NCBI RefSeq assembly: GCF_021869535.1
Contig: NW_026262668.1
Coordinates: forward strand, 72,974,001 to 73,038,000
Origin: Mytilus californianus
Taxonomy: Eukaryota
Direction: 5' to 3'
Length of the DNA: 64,000 nt
Shown: positions 1 to 29,504 of the stretch, piece after piece
Numbering within the stretch: the first letter of the stretch is position 1
Layout: the number at the start of each line of letters is the position of its first letter
Translations under genes and position numbers: made by a program
The notes under the pieces: generated by a model
What the model saw: only the letters and a program-made list of their open reading frames with translations
Database searches by the model: none
Told to the model about the DNA's origin: nothing

Positions 1-995
1 TTACTGACATGCCAGCTCGAAACCTCAGTTAAACTGATTGAAAGATTATGTCTTCGTCATATGAAAATCAAGTACAATCCCTCCCGTTAGGGGTTTAGTA
101 TCATACCATCATAAAATATATGAGAAGAACATAACCCATATCATGCCAACAACTGGTTTTAGAATAAATGTGTTTATTTCCGATGCAAAGACCCTATGAG
201 TGAATCAATATTAATTCCAAAATATGACATCTTTAATGACCTGACAACAGTTTCGTAACTTTATCCCTTCTGAATAAGTCTGTTTAAAGGTTTTGTTAGC
301 TTTTGAGATGAATGACGACATTTTTGTGCTTTGTATAGAATATTACCATAAAAGATTGGATGTGAAATACCTGAACATATAAGATGTCTGCATGTTGATT
401 TAAATTTACGAATGATGTCCTTGTACCGATGATAAAATTTAGTAAATGTTTTGACTAGTTTGTGATATCGAAAACCCTGTCGTAATAATTTTTCAGTTAT
501 ACAGAGATTTCTTTCGTTAAAATCAAATACGTTGTTACATACACGAGCGAAACAAACAAGTTGAGATATATAAACACCATAAGATGGTGACAAGGGAACG
601 TCACCATTTAAAAATGGATAATTAGCAACAGGAAATGAAAAATCATCTCTTTTATTGTAAATTTTGGTATTAAGCTTCCTGTTGAAGATATAGATATCAA
701 GATCCAGGAAACAGCAGTGTTCATTGTTAGTATTAGCTTTATTTAAAGTCAGTTCAGCAGGATAAATCTTTTTAGTGTATATACTGAAGTCTTCATTATT
801 GAGAGCCAATATATCATCCAAATATCTAAAAGTGTTATTAAATTTTTGTATCAGATGTTGTTTCGAGGGGTCTTTGCTGATTTTAGTCATAAATTGTAAC
901 TCATATCAATACAGAAATAAGTCTGCAATAAGTGGTGCACAGTAAGTACCCATTGGAATTCCGATAACTTGACAATATACGGAATCTCCATAAGT
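1..995 (-). mobile_element. 5'-truncated, decayed Penelope-like retroelement (Naiad/Chlamys-like RT C-terminal half) plus 3' region running off the left edge
   Basis: Minus-strand frame reads QVIGIPMGTYCAPLIADLFLY*YE...FRYLDD...FLDLDI...KIYNKRDDFSFP...YGVYISQL (RT motifs). In-frame stops at 906-908 (TGA) and 261-263 (TAA); the frame continues to a stop at 174-176. Bases 1-170 match 54940-55085 in reverse. Confidence 0.85.
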
Positions 996-1639
996 ATATT
1001 TAAACTGCTTCACCAGTTTTAGCAGTCACATTTTTTGTCATCAATCATAGGAGATTAAGCAGAAGTCCCTGTAAGCATTTGAAATCTCTAATATAAATAT
1101 ATAAACTAGAACAACACTAAGCTATGTATGTTGTAGGCTGAGTGTTGCAAATCACCCAAGATGTACTAAAGTAACACTTAGCTTGGTCTGTTGTATGGTG
1201 TCTTAGGCAAATCCCATAACAAAACATTTTAAATCATTGACATTTATCTAAGTTATAAAGATGTTGAGTAAACATTTATGAAACAGCTACTCAACAACAA
1301 GTTTACCAAAATAGATCTGCGGCTCTTTTCACAAAAAATCTTAAAGTAAAAATAATCGTAAGTCATACACTTTTCAGTATAACTTATGATCAATTGTAAT
1401 CGTAAGATTTTTTGTGAAAAGAGTCGCTGAAAGATACCTCCTTCCTTTTTGCAGATACTTTGAATTTTTCAATATCTTGAATGAACATAAAATTTTTGTC
1501 ACATTTTTCTCAAGTACTACAGAACAGAATAATTCCATATTTACGCAGCAGTTTGGCAGTGATGAGCTGCTTTTCAGATCTGTTTGACACCTACTTCCTG
1601 TTTTCAGATACTTTGAATTATGAGTGGGGATATATAGAT

Positions 1640-1935
1640 ATAAGAAGATGTGGTATGAGTGCCAATGAGACAACTCTCCATCCAAGTCAAAATTTAAAAA
1701 AGTAAACCATTATAGGTCAAAGTATGGTCTTCAACACAGAGCCTTGGCTCACACCGAACAGTAAGATATAAAGGGCCCCAAAAATTACTAGTGTAAAACC
1801 ATTCAAACGGGAAAACCAACGGTCTAATCTATATAAAAAACGAGAAACGAGGAACACTTATGAACCACATCAACAAACGACAACTACTGAACATCAGATT
1901 CCTGACTTAGGACAGGTGCAAACAAATGCAGCGGG
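1640..1935 (+). repeat. Abundant interspersed repeat family (AGATGTGGTATGA.TGCCAATGAGACAACTCTCC head)
   Basis: Same head recurs at ~3530-3900, 25360-25520 (tandem pair), 29310-29425 and 51495-51535; related reverse-orientation copies at ~45120-45300 and 56500-56700. Confidence 0.75.
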
Positions 1936-2700
1936 TTTAAACGTTTTAATGGTACCAAACCTTCACCCTTTTTCTGAAACAATAGTGTAACATCACAAAA
2001 TAGAAAGAAATATCAACTGAAATGGCTTAACTCAATCAAAGGACATATTAACACCAATGAACATACAATGAACAAATAAATTTGACCTATGATACAATGC
2101 AAATACAAAATAAATAAACTAAGGGAAGAATAATAAAAGTAACATGTTATATCAGTATGAAATGTTAAACAATTTAAGAAAAACAATGAATGCTTACAAA
2201 GACAAAGTGTACATTAAAGTTTGACCTCCACTACTTATTCCAATCCAAACTCTGTAATTCAGTGATTTGTTGTTTGCATTTGAGTTGCTTAATCATTAAC
2301 CCCCCCCTTTCTAGATGAGGGACATTTTATCTACAAAATCCCACAACTCTTTTTAAGTGTATAAACATCAATATAATCAATTCTCATCATGCTGTTATAC
2401 ATACAAATTGCTCCTTCAATCAGTTATTTTCTGTGTGTCCTTTTTAACTTAAATTAATCACCTAAATACCATATTGTATACAAATAGACAACACCATATC
2501 TCTTCACTATACACGCTAAGGATGATGCCTTGGGGTGCATATTCAAATTGCTTTGTAGCCATTGGTGGGTTTGATGTCTTGATGACAAATACAATTTGCC
2601 TATTGTTATAAGGAATTATAGAAGATAACAGGGAAGGCAATGTATCGTATGTAAAAATTACAATACCAAATAGGAATACTGATGAAGCCTTAACATTATA

Positions 2701-3527
2701 AACAAAATTCGTAAGGGTGCCGCAGAACCCAGTGTCTCGCCTACTTTTGCTGTTGTCTATGTTTTCAGTGTGATAGGGGAATGCACATAATAGAACAGTT
2801 AATTAAATAAAACGTTTGAAATGTATGAAAAAGTTATGCTTGTAAAAAATGAATACAGTATGCAATCAAATCTATATAAATTTATAAAAGAGTTGAAACA
2901 TAAATTTATTGAATGAACAAATGATAAAGAAGATAATTTTTACATTTTCCTCTAGATACTATCTTTTGATTGTAAGAAGCTTCTGTCCAAGTTTGGTAAA
3001 AATCCAGGATGGTTTATGAATCTAATAAATGTTTTAAAAACTTTAACTGCAGACTGTATGTAATGTTAACTGAAAGAAAAACTAAGTTCATTTATAAGTA
3101 ATATACGGAAAAACAGGAAACAAATTTTTACAAAATTTCCTTCTAGCTACTAGTTTTTGATCATAAACAAGCTTCTGTCCAAGTTTGGTACAAATCCAGG
3201 ATATTTTAAGAAAGTTATTAAAATTTTTAAAACTTTTAACCACAGAGTGAATGTAATGTTAACTGGCAGAAAAACTAAGTCCATTTATAAGTAAAATACG
3301 GATAAACAGGATTTTTTTTTTACAAAATTTACTTCTGGATACTATCTTGTGATCATAAACAAGCTTCTGTCCAAGTTTGGTAGAAATCCAGGATAGTTTA
3401 AGAAAGTTATTAAAATTTCAAAAACTTTAACCACAGAGTGAATATTTGTGGACACCATCGCTGACGACGACGGAATGTAGGATTGCTATGTTTCGCTTTT
3501 GCGACAAAAGTCGCAGGCTCGACAACA
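2701..3527 (+). mobile_element. Non-autonomous Helentron/HINE-like element with three ~191-bp internal repeats
   Basis: AAGCTTCTGTCCAAGTTTGGT occurs at ~2978, ~3169 and 3361; 3' stem-loop TTTTGCGAC-AAAA-GTCGCAGG near 3497-3518; degenerate sister copy at ~26850-27400. Confidence 0.7.
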
Positions 3528-4632
3528 AGTAGATTTGGTATGATTGCCAATGAAAAAACTATCCACCAGAGACCATGAGGACGAGGATGGAAATAAAATT
3601 TTTAATACTTACATGAAATAAGGAGATGCTGTATGGTTGCCAACAAGATAAATATCCACCAGAGTCCAAATGACGTTGATTTAAACAACTATAGGTCACT
3701 ATGTTCTTTAACAATGAGCAAAACACATACTGTATAGTCCGCTATAAAAGACCCGGACATGAAAAAATGGGAACTCATATTCTAAAGAAAAAACCAACAG
3801 CCTGATTTTTTACAAAACAATAAATGAAAAACAAATATGATGCACAGCAAACGACAACCACTGAATTACAGGCTTCTGACTTGAGACAGGCACATCTAGA
3901 ATGTTTGAAAACTGGCTATGCCTTGCCATTATACTAAGTAGTACAATAAATTTTAATTTTGATCATTGAACCATGAAATCAATACGTGTATGTTGATTGT
4001 ACCATGACAGTTAATTAAGAAATCATATTTACTTCAAATCAAACTATCTGTACCATTTACAAACATTTTACCATGATCACCAAAAAATGAAGTCAAGGAC
4101 ATTCTTTCTTAACAGTCATTAAAGTAGTTCATATCTGAAATATTCTTGATTCTGTCTAAAATTGTTGATATTCTATCTACTTCACAGCAAGCTATCTCAA
4201 ACTTAAGTTTTGATCAACATCTTAACCTACACTAAACTATAACTAGGATAACATTTCCTTTTCCCATTGTGTCAGAGATTTTGTATCATTATGAATTCAC
4301 TTGACTGTAACACAATAGAATATACTGATGACAGGCAAGCGTAGAAAATGGGTACTTAATTTGTGTAATCAACTTCTACAGTTTTCAACCCAGATCTCTG
4401 AAACTTCACAGAAAGATTGCACATATGTTTAAGTTTTGCACTTGCTATTATGGAATTGTTTGAGGATTTTTTTCCTCATTATTCAAGACTTTGGAACTCT
4501 GTCATTTTTCAGCAAAATTTATGAAAGAGGGTACAAGTTTTCAACTACATTGTAAACATTCTACATTGATTACTAACAAGTATTGCAAACTGTCCATTTG
4601 AGTTTTTGACCCATCTTAAAACGTTATCTTAA

Positions 4633-5245
4633 GGGCATACGATACAGTTTTGATCCTACGGTGAATTTTTGACGAGAGTTTGCATACAAGCTATTTTTCA
4701 CCTTGTCAATTCAAATATGTAATAAAAAATATACCTTCATGTGCTACTTTTAGAGATAAATGGGGTCGAAATTTTAGTCATTTACTGGAAATTTCGGTTT
4801 CTTGGACATTTCTATCCTTTGGAAAGACATACTTAACTTTTTTGTTTCCAAAGATAAATGCAAGCAGATTTTTGTAAAAGCATCTGGAATATCTTCTCTA
4901 CTTAAGTGTGCTTTGAAATTGTGTATCAGTTCTTTGGAAATTGTTTGTTTTATCATATTTTCATGATTTTAGTCAAATAACGGCATTTTTTGTTGTATAT
5001 TTATCTAATTTTTAAAAAATTCATCGGTAAATTTTTCATAAACATTGGCACAAATAATCTTCATATATAATCAAGTCAAATGTCATTTTTAAAAAGAGGG
5101 GTCAATGAACTCGTTTTCAAGTTAAATCAGTCTGAATGATAAAAATCAGTCGAAAATGCATCTTTTCCCAATATGTCACATTTGACGTCGTGAAAAATAA
5201 CATATTACGTTAGCAATACCTCCCCTGTAACTGTATCGTATGCCC
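4633..5245. mobile_element. 613-bp MITE with 17-bp perfect TIRs and TTAA TSD (Kolobok-like)
   Basis: TTAA|GGGCATACGATACAGTT ... AACTGTATCGTATGCCC|TTAA. A TTAA TSD with purine-starting termini fits Kolobok better than piggyBac. Confidence 0.85.
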
Positions 5246-5559
5246 TTAAGGGTTGTTATTTCACTTACAAGAATTCCCAGAGAAACAAGCTTACCATAAA
5301 CTTGATCTATTACTTTTTCTTGTTAACCTTCTCTTGATAATAAATCAGGCAACTAATTGCAAGCAAGGCAAGTGACAAAGTGAATACAACAATCATATTA
5401 TTTTCCTCGACATATTGGAATGCCATCAGGAGTTTGTAGATTAGACTTCTATTGTACAGCTCAAATTAGCAATCATCAAAAAATTAAGTGAAGTTTTCAA
5501 CATATATTTGTTCCTCCTATTAGAAGTTCTTCTGGAAACTGGTATATTAACTATACTAT

Positions 5560-5787
5560 TGATTGATTGATTTATTGGTGTTTAACACTATTTTCAGCAC
5601 TGTTGGCTATTTCATGGGTATTTATTGGTGGAGGAAGCTGGAGTGCCTGGAGAAAACCACCGACCTTCAGTAGAAAAACTGTCAGTTCTTAAGATTGGAG
5701 TCATATGCACCTGTTATGTGCAACCTCAGTATTGACAGGCTAGTGATACAGTAGTTGAATTACTTGGACCACTCAGCCACAATGGCT
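5560..5787 (-). mobile_element. tRNA-derived SINE with (TCAA)n tail
   Basis: Reverse complement begins GCCATTGTGGCTGAGTGGTCCAAG (A-box-like); body similar to copies at 34250-34510 and 49798-50046. Confidence 0.7.
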
Positions 5788-6693
5788 CTATAAACAATAC
5801 TACAGTATCTGTTCCTGTTTGAACAAATACTCTATACCCTCTTTTCCATCAGGAAGAATACTGTAATACTTTTTTCAGCAGAATTAATATTCAAGAATAT
5901 TTCTTCTATTTGGAACTTCATTGTTATATTATAAGGGAACATGAAAACATTAACAATTGTTTCTCAGCATCATGAAGGAACAGACAAAGGTTAAACTATA
6001 TGTGCCTCCCACTTAGCAGCTGGCATATAAAACTTATGTCTTGACTTGCTCTGTATATTTGCCAAAATCTACTTCATGCTGATAGAAAACAATGAAATTT
6101 ATGGAATCATAAAAGATTTTGTTAGTTTCAGTTGGTTTTCTGACCTGCAAATACAGGGCTTGAGAAAATATTAACTAAATTATTTACCAGATTGTTTGTA
6201 TGGACCAAACCGATTCCATAAAAAATTACTTGATTCTTGTGTGTGTATGAAAATTTCCTCTCACAAATTTGTGTTTATGCTTTGATGTCATTAAAAAAAA
6301 TTATCCCATATTTCCACCATAAAAAACTTATGATAGAGATAAATAGAAATTCATCATTCCCAATAATGAATGCATGCAAAAATTTCTGAATTTACAGTAG
6401 CTGAGAAAGTTCAAAGGGAATATCAAATGGTACATGACACATTGTCTTGGTTTGACATACCCAAATACCAAACATCAGGTTTGAAGAACCCACATACCAA
6501 ACATCAAACACCTTTGTCTGCAGATAAAAAAAATTAAGGCCCTGAGTCCTGGACACAATCATGTCATTCTAAAAAGTTAACCTTGAGGTCAAAGGTCATA
6601 TTCAAAAGTACACAACAAATCTCCAAATACACATGCCGCAGATCAAAAGACTTTTCTAAAAGATAAAACAGTTACGAACTGAACATAACAATA

Positions 6694-6957
6694 ACAAGAA
6701 TGTGTCCATAGTACACGGATGCCCCACTCACACTATCATTTTCTATGTTCAGTGGACCCTGAAATTGGGGTCAAAACTCTAATTTGGCATTAAAATTAGA
6801 AAGATCATATCATAGGGAACATGTGTACTAAGTTTCAAGTTGATTGGACTTCAACTTCATCAAAAAATTACCTTTACCAAAAACTTTAACCTGAAGCGGG
6901 ACGGATGAATGGACGCACAAACCGAAAAACATAATGCCCCTAGGTGGGGCATAAAAA
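6694..6957 (+). mobile_element. Short HINE-like non-autonomous element
   Basis: Starts ACAAGAATGTGTCCATAG and ends ATGCCCCTAGGTGGGGCATAAAAA (3' hairpin then A-run); related copy at ~24390-24800. Confidence 0.65.
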
Positions 6958-9364
6958 TAATTTTGGTAATTTTCCAAAATACAGATAATATAAACAGAAC
7001 ACATTAATACAAAATTAATTTATTCAAACCATAAGTAAATATGTTAAATAAACAGTTACTATGATTACCAACATAAATAAATAAACAGAATATAACAGTT
7101 TTATAAAGTATGCACCTTCAGTTCAAATGGTAATGAAAGGGTTGCAATGTTGTAGATTATTTTGTGTAATCTGCATTTTATTTGTGTAGTGTACAGAAAA
7201 AAATATTTTAATACATGTAATAATCTTTACCAGGAAACTAGGCCACTTGTAATTAGGCATTTATTGATAGAAACTAGTTAAAACTTTTAATACAAAACAT
7301 TATGAAGTATAGGCTACTGTATTTTGACCTTTTTTTAACTGACAGTATACACCTTATCGCAAGTTAATCCATTCCTGGAAAAACCGTCACTTAGACAACT
7401 TCCTGTTTGTGTCAAGAGTTACAAAAACAAAGTTCATCAGTAATGATCTGAAGGAGGAAAAAGTTTAGAAAGTGAACATTTTAAAATTTTGATAGTTTAT
7501 GATCTAATTTTGTGAAACACAAATTAAAGTAATAAGAAAGTGTTTACCATGGTTTAAACATGTCTCTTTGAACAGTTTTATGCACAATACATTGTTTAAA
7601 TAGCTTCTACTGGTTTATGACATCATAAAAAAGTTGTGTAATTTCAGAACTTATCTGGATTGGAATAAATAGCAATAAGGTGTATGATATAAAATCTTCT
7701 AATATATTTATTCCATCACAAATTAGTATGAGTTTAGGTTTAAGATTAAAGTTAGTTGGGTATATGGAAAGCTTATGTATATACTTTTCTTTGGTCCTAA
7801 AATGATTGAAATTAGAAGATCGATTTTGTTAAAGAAAAAGTATCAGTATTCTTCAATTTTCACGACTGGATAATCTAATGCCTCTTAACTTTGCTGTATT
7901 ATGTCCATGTCAATCTTAAAAGAAATTTTTTTAAATAAAAGAAGCCTAGGCCTTCATGTTTTATAAACAAAAAATAAACATTACCTATGAACAATCCAAG
8001 TTCAAATTCTCTAAAATATGTTGTCAACATTTTGTACATTTGATTGTATATTTTCCATGTATAACTGCTACTGTCTATGTAATCAAATACTGGAATGATA
8101 TTATTTGGAATGTCTGTTTATATATTGCACTAGTTTTGTTAATGGCACACTACACGTCAAACATATATGGCAGAGTTAGTAAATCACAACAACTATTCTT
8201 AACTATATATCGGAAAATAATTATCATTAGTGTTAAATGCTGATTTTTCTATTACAAATCTTGCTAATCTTAAAGTAAAAGGGAACTAATCAGAATTTAA
8301 AACAAAAGAAAACTGAGAAATGACTGTAATTACTATATTTTTTGTAACTTTTGTATCATTCAAAAGGGGCTATTGTTTGAAGTACAATTTTAAGGTGTGT
8401 ATATATTACCTTGTTAAAAACTTCTTTCTCATACAATTTAATGGGGAGAAGTGAGCAAAAAACCAGATTTTTTTTTAGGTACAACTCTCTAGACTAGGCT
8501 GCGATTCTTGAAAGTTTGAATTTTCATAGAGTTTAAAATATATCTGCAGAAGGCAGTCAGGGTGACAGCATCATGACATTAAAGGTGATTGTTCCTTGAA
8601 GTAATTTTGCTGGAAAAAATGTCTAGTTGCAAGAATCCAAGATGGTGGTTAATTGATTTGAAAATAAGTAATAGTGAATTACCTCCCTTTTAAAAAATAA
8701 CTATGCATTAGATTCCTGTGCATAGCTTTTAAGTTTTAACAAACAGCCATATCTAGACTGGTTTTTTTTTTCTATAAACTGAATCATATGCTATACAGTT
8801 CTTAAACAAATAACAGAAATAAAATGTCTTAACCAAAATCACGATATAGATTATCAACATGGTGATATCAAAACATACTAAAAATTGTCAAATTGTCAAA
8901 ACGACTAAAATTGTTGAAAGAAGTTTTTAGTATTCTCTACTATTTGCCCCAGATGACTCCATGAACCAGTTTGACTGATACAAGGAAAGACCTTGAAAAA
9001 TGTTACTTTAAGATAATCTGTATAAACTTTATTGAAGCATACATTTTCTGTTGAATTAATGGTTATCTAAAACAAAGAAATATAATATCTAACAAAAGGT
9101 CAGTTTGTCATTTGTTTGTAATCTGAAAATTCTTTTAAAAAAAGAAATGGTTTCAAATATCCATGATCCAACAATTTTTCAGTAAAATACTAAAAACTGG
9201 TTATAATCTATCAATGAATTAAAGTGAGTCAACATTACTGGAATTCTGGAGGAGCTTCCTGTCCCTCAGTTGTTTGAAACATAAATAAAACTTCAATATG
9301 AAATTAATTACCGAAGAAGTAAATATACTCAATAGGTATATCTAAAATGACTTTTCCTAAGTCA

Positions 9365-9564
9365 GGGCTATTCCAGAAAAAAAATGTATGGGGGGGTTGG
9401 AGATTGGAAGGCACTTAATAATAACAATACATGGGTGATGGGTATCAGAGCATTTTTTCACACAATAATGCACTATGATTCTCAATTACAATTGTCTGGG
9501 TGGTGTGTGCTGAAACAAACTGCCTTCCAACCCCCCTCCCCTACATATTTTTCTGGAATAGCCC
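9365..9564. mobile_element. 200-bp MITE with 17-bp TIRs and 3-bp TCA TSD (PIF/Harbinger-like)
   Basis: TCA|GGGCTATTCCAGAAAAA ... TTTTTCTGGAATAGCCC|TCA. Confidence 0.8.
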
Positions 9565-11456
9565 TCAGTAAAAACAGAAACAAGAGACAGAAATGTAAAA
9601 ATCTGACTAGTAAATTAGACATATTGTTATCAAAATGGCATGATTAGTTGGCGTTAATATATATGACTAGTTTACACACAATAAACACATGCATCATGTT
9701 AAAGCAACAAAATATAATAATAAATAAATTAAGTTTGTCTTTGAAAATTTAATTATCCACAAATTTTATAAAATTTTAAATATACATTTTTGTACATAAA
9801 ATTTCATAACTACCAAATTAAATACATGTACACATTTACGTGTATAATATTTCATAATTATCATATGACATGTTTATGCCAATCAAATATAACATTTAAA
9901 ATGTATCAAAGACAAACTAAAATAAACAATTTTTACGTATATAAAATAAAATAATTAATATTAATATGTAAATAAACAAAATAAAGTGCAACACTGAAGA
10001 GTTAAATCTGTTACTATAACAACATTAAAATTAGATTCTTGTTAAATAAAATGTTAACACACAAACCAGCAACAAAATAAATATTAAAGCATTTAATTTT
10101 TTGTGAAGGTGAAATGAGAATGACCCAATCATAAATGCAAATGATCAAGGAAAAAAGCACCAAACTGTGAGATGCTAAAAAGACAGCACATTTGGCATAT
10201 GCAGTACACACACGGTGATTTACTCAAAACATCACTTTTGTTGGTGCTGGTTGAATCAATCTGAAACAAGGTGACTGGAACTGAAAACATCTTGATTTGT
10301 GACCCTGTCATATATATAATATCTATTGAATATTCAGACAGGAATTTCAGAATGAAATACCCACAATCACTAGCTAGTGTTCACACTGAAACATTGTCAC
10401 TATGAGTAATTTTACACGGAATTATCATGTGTGTACTGCATTTGCTATTTTCTCATTCAAAATGTGAAAGATATTTCTTGTTTACTTTCTATGTTGTTCT
10501 CAATACTTTAGTCACACAAACCAGTTTACAATATACTTATTTAGCTTTCTTCAAATTTAAAAAATTCTAGATCAATTATAATTTTCATTTTCTACATATG
10601 ATTGAAATAAAGATCTGCTTTTCCTATGCCATTTGTCATATTTGGAAACAATGGTGATTGTTCTTCATTAGATCTCAACTATAAGATTATCAGTCACTTC
10701 TGCAAAACACTGCATTGACAATGCAAATATATATAAGGATTTCATCATGAGGTCAATTTTAAGTCTTACTTTTTTCAATAAGTTCAAAGAAACTAGAATT
10801 AACACCCGTTGCAGATATTAAGCACTATAAAGTATATAGGTTTCCAAAACACTTGCAGCAAAAACCATTTATTTACCAATTTAATTTGAAAGTGGTTCAT
10901 TTCTATTCAGTATGGTCAAAACTGATAGCTAAGGAAATCAAAATTATCTATATGGAAGGTAACCTTGTTTAAACTAGGCAATTTTGATTGTAACAATTAT
11001 AACTACAATTTTTTTAAATAGATGTGTAAGGAGGACAAAAATACCTTATATGCTATTAAAATTTTTAATGTACAAGAGCTTTAATTCATTAACTCAATCT
11101 GAAGCTAATATTTTACACTTTATAAATCAAAAACAAGCTCACTTCAGGCAAGAAGAAAAAAAGCCCAGATATCTGTTGGATTTCAGAGGATGAAATGACA
11201 GTATGTCAGACACTGGTAACACTAAATGCCATAGCCACACAGAATAACAAAGAATTTAAAAAGCTTTTGAAACAAAATAAAGACCAAAACAGAATGTACC
11301 ACTTAAAAAAAGGTTATCAAATGAATGGTTTTTGCTGTAAGAGTTTACACTCATGATTTCAGTGTAACAACTATGGTGTGAAGCAGTTTCCTGTGGACAG
11401 ATAACTGGTAAATCCACTGATTATACAACGTAATTAAAGGATTAGAGGATCCACTT

Positions 11457-26595
<15,139 letters not shown>

Positions 26596-28149
26596 GTGTG
26601 TTCTTCAAATTCAAAATATTTCACTTAGTTATAGCGTGAATACTTGTCCCTTAATTTGGCATATTGGACGAATATTAACAATATCCTGGCACACTTTTCA
26701 TTTCTTCTATTGTTATCGGTTTTTCATACCACGTGGGAAAATAGCGGTCGATTAACCAATGGAAGTTACGTTTCTATCAGCTTTCTTGAAAGTTCAAAGG
26801 TTATGTTTACATATAACACGTGTTCATAAGCACATGGAAAATTAAACATTCGTAACGGGTTTTGCAGAAACCTGTGTCTCGCCTGCGATTGTTGCTGTCA
26901 GTGTAAAACTGTAAAGTTAACTATAAAAAGTGAGTCTATTTATAAGTAAAATACAGAATTAACAAAACAAAAACAAAAATAACCGCTATTCCTTGATCTT
27001 GCAGATTTATAGCTTCTGTCCGGTTTACAAAATTATAAGGTAAAAAAATGTAATCATAGACCGTCTGTAAATGTTGACTACAAAAATGTAAGTCCGCCTT
27101 TCATTAAATACTGAACTTGAAAAATAAATGTATATTTTTTTCCAAATTTTGCTTCAGAAATTATCTCTTAGTCATGATAAAGCTTCGACCAAAGTTTCAA
27201 CAACAAAAAATGAAAGTTTGACAAAGAAATTGATGTGTAACACACTTTAACACAAGACTGCAAATACTTGTTTATTGCAAAATACCAATTCTTTTATCAG
27301 CTGAATACGGAAATATGAAAAATAAAATATATTCATTATTTTGCTCTGGATACTGTCTTTTGATCATAACAAAAGCTTTGTTATGGAAAAGTATGGATGA
27401 TCTATGGAAGAGAGAAACTGAGTCCTATTACGATTCATACAAACTTATTGTAATTTAGACGTGCACATTAAAAAAATAATAACTTGCTTCTTATAAATAT
27501 GATGTGTGGAATTTTGTAAACCGTCGTAATAACCATCCTTTGATATGTGCACAACGAAAGTTTTGATAAGAACGACGTGCTACAGAGTGCTATTATATTT
27601 ATAATACTTAAAAAGTTACATTTAAGTTAGTGACGGGTTTAAAGAAGGGCTACATTGTACAGGACACTATGGTAAATGTATATGATCCCCCATTATCAAA
27701 ACGTTATTGGTCTACAAATGCAAGTCATTGTTGAAAGATCACTCAAACAACAAGACGCAAACTGAAATCTTTTATATTGTCGAAATATGTTATTGTGTAT
27801 ATACCAAACTGTAATACGTAACGCAACCAACACAAAAACTTGAAATCCTACTCCTGGTTGAACATGGACATTTTAAGATAAAGAAATATAAAAAATGCAT
27901 GCAATGCTTGATAAATTTAATAACAATGGTCACAGCCATAGTTCCAGCTTGAATCAAATGCACATCATATATGGAAACCTTAAGTAAAACAGTCGACTCT
28001 TTTATATGTGTAGAACGGCACTCAATTAACTTTCGAGCTTGAGAATTTACCTAACATAATATCTTTCCATACTTAGTAGTGCTTTCTTTCTGGTGTAACT
28101 ATTGAACTAAAAAAAGATATTATAGCAAATTTAATTGATATCAAATGAA

Positions 28150-28520
28150 ACTTAAAAATGCGTAGGTAATTATCAGCGGAGTAGACCCCCATTTCCACCC
28201 GTCTGGCAATAAAACCATTTCCGGCATGGGTCGTCCGTTTGGCTGTGAGGGATGTATAAATAAAATACGCAACTACGTCCGGTTGGGATAGGGAAATTAA
28301 ATCAGATGCCGCGTGTAAGAAATGCCACGCTCGCAGTGTGTTAATTTAAAACAACGTTACAGCAATTCCTTGAAAAGGGGAGGGGTCTCATGATAGGTGG
28401 CCTGTTGCGCAATGCGAAATTTCTGCCCTATTCAAAATGCCTACCTTTTCCAGTGGCAGTCAAAATTTCCAGCCCATGTATTCCGGTCGTCTAACCTTAC
28501 AGACGGTCGGAACGAGTGAA
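28150..28520 (+). mobile_element. Probable decayed SINE-like interspersed repeat
   Basis: GC-richer island resembling bivalve SINE bodies; family not established. Confidence 0.35.
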
Positions 28521-29504
28521 CACTTATTTATCAGGAACACGATTTTACTAAAAACAAGTATGACTAGGATATCTAGTAAAAACTTCTTATTTACAATGAC
28601 ATTTTATAAGTAAATTGTTCTAAACATTGTTTAAGTGATTATTGAACTATTGTTGTGTGTCTACAAATCATAGCCAAAAGTAGGTATCAATGCATTTATG
28701 GATAACAAGAAATGTTGCTCTGTATATTTTACAGCTAATTCTCTTCATCATGTACCAATCAATAGTATACTAGGTCACCCAGGCTGTTAGTTGAACCATG
28801 AAATACTAATTACCTTATTCCATGTGATGACCAAAGAAGGATACACATCAAATAGACTATAATGAAACGGAACAGAACAATGAGATTTTTTCTGGCACAT
28901 TTCACGGATTTTTGTATTGCCATTTTCAAAGTGACTCCCTAAATTGAATAATCCCTTCCTTAACTACGTTAATGACCCGATACAGGCTGATCAACTTATC
29001 ATAATCTAGTTGTAAAAACATCCAGAAAGTTCAGCAAGGTCACAGTTTTCATAAGATAGTATAGATAGTATACCGTACATAATGATTGATAATAAACGTT
29101 AAACGTATAAATCTTTGTGGTATTGCGTTTATCGAAGTTACAAATATTATCAGTTACTCAACTTACAGGAAGTTGCGTGTTTGGCTATACCATATGAGAC
29201 CCCCGGATCTGAATGCCATCACAACCATTACACTACAGTACTGCATTCTCCATTATGCAGAAATGGACGATTAATGTTGCAACCCCTTTATATGAAGAAA
29301 TATGAAAATAAGATGTAGTCTGCTTGTCAATGAGACAACTCTCCACAAGAGACCAAATGACATAGAAATTAACAACTATAGGTCACCGTACGACCTTCAA
29401 CAATGAGTAAAACCCATACCAGCATGAATCTTGAAAAATTGATACAATTTGTGCTACATTGTAAGCCGATTTTAGAAGTCAAAGAAATGGCAAAATATAA
29501 CAAG

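Noticed and set aside
906-908. In-frame TGA at a probable Cys position in the Penelope-like RT (LFLY*YE), suggesting selenocysteine as reported for some Naiad elements
   Set aside because: The same copy has a premature TAA (261-263) and is 5'-truncated; a single TGT/TGC to TGA mutation in a dead copy is the simpler explanation.
2458-2640. Minus-strand exon-like segment with two open frames
   Set aside because: No recognisable product and no compatible partner exons.
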